The translations under genes were made by a program, and so were the position numbers. Below the pieces are notes generated by a model that had not been told where the DNA came from, did no database searches, and saw only the letters and a list, made by a program, of their open reading frames with translations. A DNA stretch of 31,365 bases. Origin: Octopus sinensis. Its lineage: Eukaryota. The stretch is taken from positions 1 to 31,365 of the forward strand of contig NW_021832185.1 of the NCBI RefSeq assembly GCF_006345805.1, read 5' to 3'. Shown here piece after piece: positions 10,511 to 22,204 of this stretch (position 1 is the first letter of the stretch; every line of letters begins with the position of its first letter).

Positions 10511-10816
10511 CGATAAGTGTCCATGTGTATAGATAGATAGCTATGTATGTATGTGTGTATATATATTCATATATATATATATATATATAGTAAAGTATAT
10601 TACACGTGCATATATAAAGTGTATGCTCGTACTGTATATATAATATATATATATAATAAGATGATATATATATATATATACAATATATATATATAATATT
10701 ATTAATATATACAGATATATATATCTATATAGATAGACATACATACACGACATAACATACACACCTATCTATCTATTTTATACTATCTATCTATACACAC
10801 ACACACACACACACAC

Positions 10817-10855
<39 letters not shown>

Positions 10856-10938
10856 CATACTACACGCACATACATACACACCTATCTATCTATTTATTAT
10901 ATATATCTACACATGGACACATATCATGGACATATCAT

Positions 10939-11319
10939 GGCACTCCGTCAGTTACGACGACGAGGGCTCCAGTTGATCCGATCAACGGAACTACCTGCTG
11001 GTGAAATTAACGTGAAAGTGACTGAGCACTCCACAGACACGTGTACCATTAACGTAGTTCTCGGGGAGATTCAGCGTGACACAGAGTGTGACAAGGTCGG
11101 CCCTTTGAAATACAGGTACAACTGAAACAGGAAGGAAGAGTGAGAGAAAGTTGTGGTGAAAGAGTACATCAGGGTTCGGCAGCACCACCTGCCGGAGCCT
11201 CGTGGAACTTTAGGTGTTTTCGGTCAATAAACACTTACAACGCCCGGTCTGGGAATATGAAACCGCGAACCTACCACCGCAAGTCTGCTGCGCTAACCAG
11301 TAGACCATTGTGCCTCCAC
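10939..11319 (-). mobile_element. SINE family B (long variant), full length
   Basis: Collinear with 22205-22590; tRNA-like head at ~11245-11319. Confidence 0.9.
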
Positions 11320-12435
11320 TACATGCACACATATACATATACATACATACATACATACATACATACATACATACATACATACATACATAAAACTTACAAA
11401 TCTGCAGATACATACATACAACATACATACATACATTCAACATACATACATACATACAACATACATACATACATACATACATACATACATACATACATAC
11501 AACATACATACAACGTATATACATGCATACAACATACGTACATACATACATACATAAATACATACATACATAAACACATACATACATACATATATATGTA
11601 TACAGACTTATATGTAAATATATTCGTATACGTATAAACCGACACGTTCATAATATACCCGTTTACCCCCAGAGGGGAGACTAAACCATTTTTCCTAAAT
11701 TTCGCTGTTTACGTTACTCTACCCCCCACCAGTACACACATAACATAACTATAACCATAACTATGTATGTATACGTGTGTGCGCTCGTGCACGAGCGGAT
11801 CGTGTGCGCGTTTGCATGTACATACATTGACACACGTCCACACACATATATATATATGTATATATGTATGTATATATGTATGGTAGTATGGATGATTGTA
11901 TGTGTGTGTGTGTATGTGTGTGTGTGTGCGCGTGTGTGTGTGTGTGTATGTGTGTGTGTGGCGCGCGTGTGTGCGCGCGCGCGTGCGCGCGCGCGTGTGT
12001 GTGTGTGTGTGTGTGTGTGATGTGTGTATGTGTGTAATAAGCTAGACGTAGGCAACTTTCACTGACGAGCCAAAATGGCGTCGACAAGTCATTGAAGCAG
12101 GAGACTGTACTGAATGGTGTTAGCAAAGAGAGATGCTCGTTCCAGTGAGTTCCTTGCTACCGCCCCCCCCCCCCCCCCCCGATGCCCCGCCCCATCTTTC
12201 TTTGACGCCGCCAAAACATAACATGCTACTTCCTATCATACTCTTCAACAACAGCAACAACAGGACGACAAAAACAACAACAATTATAACATTAATTATA
12301 CAACATTAAACACATCATCATTATTGTTGCTGTTCTTCGTCTTTTTCATCTCCATCATGTATGTGTGTTTATATGTATGTCTATACATACAGTGTATGTA
12401 TGTATGTATGTATGTATGTATGTATGTATAATATA

Positions 12436-12481
<46 letters not shown>

Positions 12482-12840
12482 ATTTAATAAGTAAAATATA
12501 TGCATACATACATACTGTATGTACGTACCTACATCTACATGTATAAATATCCATGCATATATATATTTATATATATATATATATATATATAAATATATAT
12601 ATAATATATATAATATATTATATATATATATATATATAGTCTATATATATATATATATATACCACACAGATATATTTTGTATGTGTAATACCGAACCAGG
12701 ACTTAGTTATCTAATTCTAATAATATATCTATGTATGTGTTATATATATATATATACATATGTATGTATGTTTATATATATGTATGTATGTATATCTATG
12801 TGTGTGTGTGTGTCTGTATGTATGCATATATATGACTATG

Positions 12841-12872
<32 letters not shown>

Positions 12873-12930
12873 GAGAGAAAGATACATATATAGATAGATA
12901 AATATACATATACATATACGTGTGTGTATA
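11320..12930. repeat. Extended microsatellite field: (TACA)n, (TG)n, (CG)n, poly-C, (TATG)n, (TA)n
   Basis: Visible tracts with short unique spacers. Confidence 0.9.
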
Positions 12931-13170
12931 TTTATTAATTTATATTTATTTACTGCTCTATTCCCTTTATTTTACAGAATAGCTCCCATCCCCCACTCAA
13001 ATTAGAGGCTATAATTTATGCCAGATAGATTCGTGGATTCGTTCCTCGTCAGTGGAACTAAAATTGCCGCTTCTCATATATCTAATTGCATTTACATAAT
13101 TAATATCCTCACAGTTAATTCTTTACGCATTAGTCGTTTGAATTTGATCTGCAACCACTTCTACATCTTG

Positions 13171-13178
13171 AATAATAA

Positions 13179-13246
<68 letters not shown>

Positions 13247-13303
13247 GTAATAGTAATAGTAATAATAATAATAATAATAATAATATAATATAATAATAAT
13301 AAT
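13171..13303. repeat. (AAT)n microsatellite
   Basis: Trinucleotide tract. Confidence 0.98.
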
Positions 13304-13680
13304 AAATATAAAGACTTGCTAATAGAAATTGAAATAATGTGGCATCTCAAGGCGACTACAGTACCGTTGATTGTAGGAGCTCTAGGAATGATAATAAAAG
13401 GTACTGAAACCTATTTGAAAATGATACCAGGCTTACCATCCCTACAGGAAGTGCAAAACATCGTGTTAATTGGAACGGCTCATGTACTGAGAAGAGCATT
13501 ATCGCTGTGAATACAACATCCATTCATGAATTTATTTATTAATTTTTTAAATACATATTTTACCTGTGAATTTGCGTGTGTAATCTGGGAATGCATACAA
13601 TGAGCTTCTCTGCCCTAGGTGTACGGAAAACGCTCGGCGAGAAACGGAAGAAAATTTGAAGACGGAAAATAAAATAATGA
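13304..13680 (+). mobile_element. 5'-truncated Dong/R4-clade retrotransposon (endonuclease C-terminus plus 3' UTR) in a (TAA)n tract
   Basis: 13304-13510 encodes KYKDLLIEIEIMWHLKATTVPLIVGALGMIIKGTETYLKMIPGLPSLQEVQNIVLIGTAHVLRRALSL*, the characteristic KY.DL..E...MW...P.I.GALG...GTAH.LR tail; followed by 3' UTR and (TGA)n. Confidence 0.92.
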
Positions 13681-13734
13681 TGATGATGATGACGATTCTG
13701 CCAGCTCACCGCATTTCTAACCAACGAGGTTTCT

Positions 13735-14250
13735 AACCAACAGAACTGCCTCCTCGCAAAATTAACATGCAAGTGGCTGAGCATTCCACAGAACGTGTAC
13801 CCTTAACGTAGTTCTCAGGGAGATTCAGTATGATACAAAAAGTGACAGGCTGACCCTTTGAATTATAGGTACAGCTCATTTTTGCCAGGTGAATGGATTG
13901 GAGCAATGAGAAATAAAGCGTCTTGCTCAAGGACACAACGTGTTGTTGAGTATCGAACTCACGACCTTGAGCCGAATACCTATTTCTTTATTACCCACAA
14001 GGGGCCAAACATAGAGGGGACAAACAAGGACAGACATAGGTATTAAGTCAATTACATCGACCTCAGTGCGTAACTGGTACTTTAATTTATCGACCCCGAA
14101 AGGATGAAAGGCAAAGTCGACCTCGGCGGAATTTGAACTCAGAACGTAACGGCAGACGCAATACCGCAAAGCATTTCGTCCGGCGTGCTAACGTTTCTGC
14201 CAGCTCGCCGCCTTTGAGCCGAATACCGTAACTACTAAACCACGCATCTT
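13735..14250 (-). mobile_element. SINE family B copy interrupted in its tRNA head by a family C SINE
   Basis: Body 13735-13980 matches 9764-10081; the remaining head (aagatgcgtggtttagtagttacggtattcggctc) lies at 14214-14250. Confidence 0.85.
13981..14213 (-). mobile_element. SINE family C (C1 tail), full length, with 14-bp TSD
   Basis: Perfect direct repeat ttgagccgaatacc at 13967-13980 and 14214-14227; central gcctttcatcctttcggggtcgataaa..gtacc resembles the Nin/Deu SINE domain. Confidence 0.93.
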
Positions 14251-14795
14251 TACACGGGGCTCGAAAAAAGAAAAAAATACTAACTCAAGCTGCCGCACCG
14301 TGGAACTGAACCCAAGTAGTTGCAAAGCGAGCTTCTTAAATAATACAACTTTACCTGGCATCTGTGTACCCATTCCACATACGCTTTCTCGACACTTAAC
14401 AACAAACTAAAAAGGAAGTCACTTAATAATTTCACTTCATTATTTTCAATTTCCTTTTCCGGCCGTTTGTAATCCACCAGAGCGAGGCTTTATCTTTATA
14501 TCAGCTTTCAATGACGTTAGACATATTGAAGTTAAAGGCGCTTAGTAAAGATTTCCACACTCGTTGGATCACTTTTACACGACTGTCGTTGCCCACAGCG
14601 ATAAATTACATCACCCTGTAGTAATTACACGCAGTCGAGTCGTCTCAACTGGAAATACCACAAACCACGGCTCACTCAGCTGGTTGTCCAAAGCTAAATA
14701 GTTCAAACATCCACGTCCTCTGTTGATAACAGTAATCTAATATTTATTATCTGCGCATACACGCACACATAGTGTCATGTGAAACTGCAATTGGT

Positions 14796-14857
14796 CACGT
14801 TGTCGCTACCTAGAGTTCCTCACTGTGACACGTTGTCGCTACCCAGAGTTCCTCACT
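14796..14857. repeat. 33-bp-period tandem duplication
   Basis: cacgttgtcgctacc(t/c)agagttcctcact at 14796-14824 and 14829-14857. Confidence 0.9.
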
Positions 14858-14984
14858 ATGTGTAATATTCGTTCTTATGTGAGAAAGGTGTATTATCTAT
14901 TGATCGCCCGAAAGATCGTATGCTGCGACGAAGTGAATAGTTATCATATAGTCCGTGATTAAACTCTACTACATATATCGAATA

Positions 14985-15196
14985 CAGGAATCCTTCGCCA
15001 TATCGTGGTTCACTTATCGCGGTTTATTATTTAATCTTCCGTCGATTCCTCCGTGGTGTTGTTTTGCATTTATAATAAGAAAAATTATTTACAAATGATA
15101 AAAATATAAAGTAACAATACTGTTTTTAGTTCGCGGATTTTCACCTATCGCGGGGAGTTTTGGAACGTAACACTCGCGATAGTCGATGGATTACTA
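14985..15196. mobile_element. pogo/Tigger-like MITE with TA flanks
   Basis: Left TA-caggaatccttcgccatatcgtgg; right cgcgatagtcgatggattacta-TA; CAGTAATCC-type termini. Confidence 0.7.
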
Positions 15197-15237
15197 TACC
15201 TTTCCCTCATGTGTATTGCCAAACGTGTGTGTGTGTG

Positions 15238-15271
<34 letters not shown>

Positions 15272-15299
15272 AGAATGTGTTTGTGTGGGCGCATATAGA

Positions 15300-15536
15300 T
15301 ATTCTTTTATTCTTTCACTTGCTTTAGTCATCTGACTGTGGCCATGCTGGAGCACCGCCTTCAGGAGAACAAATGGACCGGAGAACTTATTCTTTATAAG
15401 CCTTGTACTTGTTCTATTGTTCTCTTTTGTCGAACCGTTAGCTAACGTGAGCATAAACTCACCAACATCGGTTGTCAATTGACGGTGGGGGGACAAACAC
15501 AGACACGCAAACATATACATATACGTACACACACAC

Positions 15537-15570
<34 letters not shown>
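15300..15570 (-). mobile_element. SINE family A 3' half
   Basis: gactgtggccatgctggagcaccgcc...ggggacaaacacagacac. Confidence 0.88.
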
Positions 15571-15572
<2 letters not shown>

Positions 15573-15805
15573 ATATGAGAAACGAAGATAAATATAAGTT
15601 TATATTATAGTCCCCAGGCGCGTTTCCCCATTATGGTTGTTTGGAGCCCTGCAATATGTGTTTCTTGTGTATTTAGGGGACAAAATTCAAAGAATGTGCA
15701 CCTCATTCCCATAATGGACCTCTTCGACACCTATTTTATTTGGGTGGACCCTCATAGCCAGTCGATGTTTAAAAGAGACCTCATTGTATATCTATAATTA
15801 ATTAT

Positions 15806-16014
15806 TCTCTTTAACTCTTTTACTTGTTTCAGTCATTTGACTGTGGCCATGCTGGAGCACCGCCTTTTAGTCGAGCAAATCGACCCCAGGACTTACTCTT
15901 TGTAAGCCTAGTACTTATTCTATCGGTTTCTTTTGCCGAACCGCTAAGTTACGGGGATGTAAACACACCAGCATCGGTTGTCAAGCGATGTTGGGGGTCA
16001 AACACAGACACACA

Positions 16015-16050
<36 letters not shown>

Positions 16051-16242
16051 CACACACACACAGATATATATCTATATATATACATATATACGACGGGCTT
16101 CTTTCAGTTTCCGTCTTCCAAATCCACTCACAATGCTTTGGTCGGCCCGAGGCTATAGTAGAAGACACTTGCACAAGGTGCCACGCAGTGGGACTGAACC
16201 TGGAACCATGGTAAACCATCTACTCACCACACAGCCACTCCT
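15806..16242 (-). mobile_element. SINE family A, full length
   Basis: Near-identical to 5310-5723. Confidence 0.93.
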
Positions 16243-16872
16243 AAATTATTAAGAATTTATAGATATATGAGAGAGTCGTCATACAAAGAGCTGAGTGTAT
16301 CGATATCGTATCTTTCAAATTCCAGTGGCATTTATTTAGCGCGCTTCTGTTTAATCAGTATCTCTTCTGCCTAGCATTCTTCCAATGTTCCATTGAACCA
16401 GATAATGCTACAATTCCCTGCATCCTAATGCATTTTTATTTCTGTCTTGTTCAGAGTAAAGACAGCCACTCCATTGCTTGGTAACCTGGACGACGTTGGA
16501 CCCGTCACACTTTTGACTTACGGCCATTATTTGGTATGGTTGCTTGTAAGGAATTCAAGTGCAAGCACATTGGCGTTAGAAGTAACACCTTGTCAGGGCA
16601 CTATTGTATGCACCATAGATAAGGAAGACTGAAAACATCCACAACGTGGACGTATCTCGGCTCATTTGAGGATTTGCCACAAAGTAGCAGCTTGTCGGTA
16701 CTGGATAGACATTGAGACTTACAGTCAACTGGACAACTTATAAAAATGGCGTTCAACGACTTTTTTGTCTTTTGCTATGGACCTCTTTGATCCTTATTTT
16801 ACGCGGGAGGACCCTCGTAGTCTTTCGATAATCAAACGAAACTTTATTGTATATATTTATAATTTAAATATT

Positions 16873-16987
16873 ACAGTTCTATATTCAAGGATATGGCGTA
16901 GTGGTTAAGAGCGCGGGCTGCTAATTATGAGTTCTACTCCAGGCAGTGACCTGAATGATGATAATAATATTAATAATAATAATAATG

Positions 16988-17042
<55 letters not shown>

Positions 17043-17209
17043 CAACAACAATAACAACATCGAAAAATACCCTAGGAATGAGAACCCAGGTTCGAAATTC
17101 CCCCAAGACACCCGACGAAGGCTGGAAGTCATATCAGCCGAAACGTTGTGTTAGCAACAAACAAGATGAGGACAAATATCCGTCAAATGTAAATAATGTA
17201 AATAATGTA
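16873..17209 (+). mobile_element. ORF-less Penelope-derived unit: short inverted end, tRNA-like head, (AAT)n, hammerhead motif, aatgtaaat tail
   Basis: Collinear with 25716-25996; A box TGGCGTAGTGG at 16894-16904; flanks taatttaaatatt / taattaaatatt look like a TSD. Confidence 0.85.
17107..17152 (+). ncRNA. Minimal type I hammerhead motif with one core change
   Basis: GACAC-CCGACGA-A-GGCTG...CAGCC-GAAACGTT-GTGTT; core U4 is C; palindromic AACGTT stem III as in Penelope hammerheads. Confidence 0.7.
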
Positions 17210-18267
17210 ATTAAATATTATTAGGAATTGTAGAAAAAATATTGGAATATTTTGTGTATTGTAGAAGTACGAGAACCAATTTATTGAACATAAATTTTAA
17301 GAACCACATCTTGTATGGACTCCAGTTGAGAGCCACTGACCCAGAAAATGGAGAATATATCTGCGTGGCGGATTTATTTTTCTTCCCTTAGGGTTTCCAA
17401 TAACCACACGCATTAGCACGTAGACCTGGCTATGTTGCTCGTTTATCCACTGCTAACGGCCCGACCTCATTCAGGTTGTATTGGCTTACACGATTACTTG
17501 TAGTTGATCTCTATCTAGAGATATATATGATCTTAATTGTCTGTGACTTTTCCACTTCAAAATCCCCTCGATATTTATATACACTATATTCTTCTTACAT
17601 CTCTTTCTTGGACTACCTCTTTCTCTCTTTCAATCTCTTCCTCTGGCCTTCCCCTGCAAAGTTATGAATAGCTACCCCCGGCAAGCTACGGATTAGTTAT
17701 AACCTCCTGTCAACCCTTACGACCACATGTGACCTAGCAACACCATACCCACATTACTACCATCACCACCACCACCCACCACCACCACAAATACACGTAA
17801 ATCTCGAAAGCTCCTGACACAGAACAAGATATGTCACACTATGTAGCGTTATAGACACAGTCGTCACACAGAACCACCCAGAATACCTTCTCACACAACA
17901 CCCTCCCCATATTTCTACATTTGAGTAGACAATCTTATGCGAAGCCCCTCCTTCTATACACTCACATACACACATGTACAAATATTATATATATATATGA
18001 TGTGTGTCTGAATAGACCTATATATATATATACATATAGACATATATGCACACACACACACGTATACTCATACGCACCCATATGGGTGTCTTTGAGTGTA
18101 CCTATCTATATATCCATATCTGTATATATGTATGTACATATATTCATACATGCATACATACATACATACATACATACATACATACATACATACATACATA
18201 GATACATACATGCATATATATATATAATATATATATATATGATATATATATATACACATGTATGTAT

Positions 18268-18430
18268 AGTGGTAGGAGTGGCTGTGTGGTAAGTAACTGC
18301 TTACCAACCACATGGTTCCGAGTTCAGTACCACTGCGTGACACCTTGGGATAGGTGACTTCTACTATAGCCTCGGGCCGACCAAAGCCTTGTGAGTGGAT
18401 TTGGTAGAAAGAAACTGAAAGAAGCCCATC

Positions 18431-18474
<44 letters not shown>

Positions 18475-18740
18475 AGTGTATATATATATATATATATAAT
18501 ATATATATATGTGTATGCGTGTATATATGTTTATGTGTCTGTGTTTGTCCCCCTCTTGACAACCGATGCTGGTGTGTTACGTCCCCGTAACTTAGCGGTT
18601 CGGCAAAAAGAGACCGATAGAATAAGTACAAAGCTTACAAAGAATAAGTCCTGGGGTCGATTTGCTCGACTAAAGGCGGTGCTCCAGCATGGCCGCAGTC
18701 AAATGACTGAAACAAGTAAAAGAGCAAAAGAGTAAAAGAG
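18268..18740 (+). mobile_element. SINE family A, full length, with expanded internal (TA)n
   Basis: ggagtggctgtgtggtaag head through gtaaaagag tail. Confidence 0.93.
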
Positions 18741-18944
18741 TATACATATGTGCGTGCGTGTGTGTGTGTGTGCATATGTTGAGGCTCGCACGCACACACA
18801 CACACAACACACACACACACACACACACACATACACACACTCATACAAACCCTCAAACACTCACACAGCCTCGCACGCATACGCGCACGCTCACGTGTAC
18901 GCCCACACGCGCGTTCACACGTATGCGCACGTACACATACATGC

Positions 18945-18977
<33 letters not shown>

Positions 18978-19269
18978 TACACGTCACATCCGAATATCAA
19001 TACCGCCTCTTACTGAGTTTTAAACCTTGTTTGTTAGCTCAGAATCAGGCAGTCTTTTAAGAGTTTGATCAATGAAGCGGGATGAAGTACTTCAAAGTTA
19101 TTAAAAAAAACAAAAACAACCTCAATGGGAGTTAAAAGACATTCTTATACAAAGCCCTCAGTCAAGCAATAGAAATATTACATTTATTTCTTGTTTCCTT
19201 TCTTTCCTAGAGTTATTACTGTTCTTGTTATTGCTGCTGATGTCGTGGTTTTGTTGTTGCTTCAGTGTG

Positions 19270-19414
19270 TTAGATCTAGATCAGTTCTGATATACGAAAC
19301 CCATGATCAAAGGCACTTCGGCTGCGACTATGCTGTAGTCTTTCCTTTCATCTCTTATGAAGGTAGGTGTAATTTTAGGGAGATTTCGTCGCTATTTCTA
19401 GCAGGTTGAGCGAC
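19270..19414 (+). repeat. Dispersed repeat family D (other diverged copies ~20145-20320, ~21050-21220, ~28450-28505)
   Basis: Shared tgatcaaaggca.tc.gc.g.gac.at and gggagattt.g..gctatttctagcagg motifs. Confidence 0.55.
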
Positions 19415-19416
19415 TA

Positions 19417-19924
19417 CCGTAAATTCTTGAGTGTACTATATACGAGGTTAAAAGTGAAAAATATTTTCTAAGCAATATCCGAGTCTCTATTTGCTGTCCG
19501 GCAATGTTTATTCAGACGCATTTTGTAATGTTTGGCGCGAAAATACCTTAAGCTAAGGTATTTAGCTTAAGGCAATGAAGTCATAAAAGGCAATGAAAGC
19601 AATGAAGTCATAAAGGGATCATCCATAACTTGCAGCAAGCAACATTTATTAAAATAAAAGTATTCAGAACGCAGAATAACATATAACAAAAAATATTTGC
19701 AAACATATCTACATTCCCATATAACAGTTAAGAACATCACCATTATTGTATTACGCATGCGCGGAAGTGTTTGTTCGACTAGGCGCTGCTGGCTTAATTA
19801 CGCACGACTCAAGTTAGAGAAGGAGTGCGTATTATACACAAGGTTTATGTTTTTCAGAGGGACAGCCCCCTAAAAATCCCCTGCATATTATACTCAAGGG
19901 CGGACTATACTCGCAGATTTACGG
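19417..19924. mobile_element. Tc1/mariner-pogo-type non-autonomous element with TA TSD
   Basis: TA-ccgtaaattcttgagtgta ... tatactcgcagatttacgg-TA imperfect inverted termini. Confidence 0.7.
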
Positions 19925-20361
19925 TATATAGAGACTTCCGCATTTGATGTATAGCTCAGTGCCCCACAGCTGGTATGCTGTGGCACACTGGTGTGTCACG
20001 AGACGATGCTAGATGTGCCGCGGTGTAGCCTGAAAATGATTTTTTCCCTATACTTTTAGTTACATTTCTAGTTCAGGATTTGCTGCTGAATTTTGAAAAG
20101 AATATAAGTGTACCGCAAGTGAAAAAAGGTTCTCGTCTCCTACCGTGTAGACTTATGATAAGATATGTTCTAGCCGTGACCATCCCGCCTGCTTTTCTTC
20201 AACGATGATGTATTTGCCGAATTACATTATTCAGAGGGACTTCTCATTTTGGACATAATAAGCTAATGGTTTAATGGTGAGTTAGCTGCTTTATCTAACA
20301 GATCGTGTGGTGACATAGATGCTCCATCATTGAGTCACTTCTATCCAATTTACTGTTGCTG

Positions 20362-20536
20362 TCTTCTTCTTCTTCTTCTTCTTCTTCTTCTTCTTCTTCT
20401 TCTTCTTCTTCTTCTTCTTCTTCTTCTTCTTCTTCTTCTTCTTCTTCTTCTTCTTCTTCTTCTTCTTCTTCTTCTTCTTCTTCTTCTTCTTCTTCTTCTC
20501 TTCTTCTTCTTCTTCTTCTTCTTCTTCTTCTTCTTC
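20362..20536. repeat. Long (TCT)n/(AAG)n trinucleotide tract
   Basis: About 175 bp with a single 1-nt slip near 20499. Confidence 0.98.
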
Positions 20537-20821
20537 CAATCAGGACTCACGCTATTAGCCACAAAGAATAATTTCTAAATCGAGCCTACTCTAATCTACT
20601 AAGAATGCGTGTGGCAACTTGAAGAACCACCCACCACACGCGATAGACTGGCGGTTGTACAGGCGCAAAAGCTACGTTGTTATCCTCATTCCGTAAACGG
20701 TGGCTTTTAACGGGTGGAGAGCTGAACCATCCTGAGGTACAGAGGATTCGCAATCTAGACTAGGGTCTGAAAGTTTACCACACCATAGTGGGTTACACCA
20801 TGGTTCCTCTGCTTTGTGGCA

Positions 20822-21013
20822 GAAGTAGAAAGAAAGAGTGAGAAAAAGTTATGGTGAAAGAGTACAGCGCGGTTCACCTCCCCCATCGCCGGAGCCTTGT
20901 GGAACTTACGTGTTTTTGCTCAATAAACACTCACAATGCCCGGTCTGGGAATCGAAACTGCGTTCTTACGACCGCGAGTCCGCTGCCCTAACCACTGGGC
21001 CATTGCGCCTCCA
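20822..21013 (-). mobile_element. SINE family B long variant, 5' half
   Basis: Head ggaggcgcaatggcccagtggttagggcagcggactcg...gtttcgattccc. Confidence 0.9.
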
Positions 21014-21547
21014 CGCTGTTGCTGTTGTTGCTTTGTTTAGCTCCATCATGGTCCTACAGGAATAGACCTATGCTCGAAGACAAATCCGTTGTAACCATCC
21101 TACCGTTTCTATATCTAGTACAATTCTGATGTGACCTTGCGTTATGCTATTTTTAAAAAGAAGGGTGTAGTTTGAAAGAAGTTTGGCTGCTTTTTTCTTG
21201 CGGGCAGAATGATCTCATAGGATACTTTTCTTTCGTTTTCTGACGTAGTTAAGCTGACTCAAAGTTTTCTATATCTGGTTTCGCAGCACATCATCTTGTG
21301 ACTTATACTTACTCATTTATATGGAGTTCTCACTAGATCACCCGGCCTTGAGTTTGTAAGAATAGAATAGGGGCTCTCAACGTTTTGAGTCACAACAGAC
21401 CATATTTCATTTAAATTAATTTTATCACGAATCGTTAGGCTTTGGGGTCTGTAAGAAAGGATTGTATCTTGAACAAGCAGATTTTGATAACCAATAGCAA
21501 ACTCCTTTCTCGTCAACCGAAAGGTACACATAAACGGAATGCAAAAA

Positions 21548-21880
21548 TATTTCGGCCAGAATTGTCTCAGGTTAAGTCTAATGTAATAGTACCACCTGAT
21601 AAAAACTCTTAAGCAATTTTTAAAGCTAAGTAAGGAATTGTTGATTGAGATGTATCCTGGTATAGCTGGTTTGTCTGGTATCTCTTGAAGAAATTTGTCA
21701 GGGTTTTAAAGGAATGGGATATTTTTCTTTTTAACGGGGGTGAAGTTGCGTTGATGAATCACGCTGGTTTGAGTTCCAATACTCATGTGCATGGAGAAAA
21801 GATACTGGGATACATCTTGAAATATACTATTGGAAAGTATACAGATGGTTTCTCACGCAGTTGGTACATGATGTATGCAG
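21548..21880 (-). mobile_element. CR1-like LINE 3' end (ORF2 C-terminus plus 3' UTR), decayed
   Basis: Minus strand encodes PDKFLQEIPDKPAIPGYISINNSLL, like the LD.FL..IPD.P..PGY...NSL tail of invertebrate CR1-group ORF2; 3' UTR caggt...acctg stem. Confidence 0.7.
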
Positions 21881-22204
21881 TGTAGTACAGGTAAACAAAT
21901 ACGTGACATATCTTCTGCTAGAAGACAAGAACAGACGTACGCGTCGAAGGCTTCCTGCGGAAAAAGCTTCCTCTCTGCCGAGATCCGAACTCGACCGCGA
22001 AAACCCACCTCACTAAAAAAATAACAGGAAAGGTTTCCTTATATTCCCAGCGAATAGACATAAATTCCCGCATTCGGCTGGTCTGTCATGTGATGTGATG
22101 ACAGCCTGCGTGAAGCTAGAAGCCGATATGCGCCTATTTAAAGGTAAACACGCAAACTGTGAACATATATCTACAGCACCTTTGATTTGTGTTGTGATGA
22201 TATT

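Larger units (their letters stand above)
16775..17338 (+). mobile_element. hAT-like MITE (family E) interrupted by a Penelope-derived insert
   Basis: Left part resembles 6095-6185 and 15710-15800; right terminus ccagttgagagccactg. Confidence 0.5.

Noticed and set aside
12056-12097. Hammerhead-like ttca-CTGACGA-gcca/tggc…gac/gtc…tgaa
   Set aside because: Stems are suggestive but the essential GAAA core reads GTCG; too many changes to call.
16430-16540. Possible + strand exon after ttctgtcttgttcag
   Set aside because: Peptide unrecognised, weak donor and no partner exons.
21313-21531. 72-aa minus-strand ORF followed by GTAAGT
   Set aside because: The frame stops just before the donor and overlaps a hAT-like terminus; no similarity recognised.
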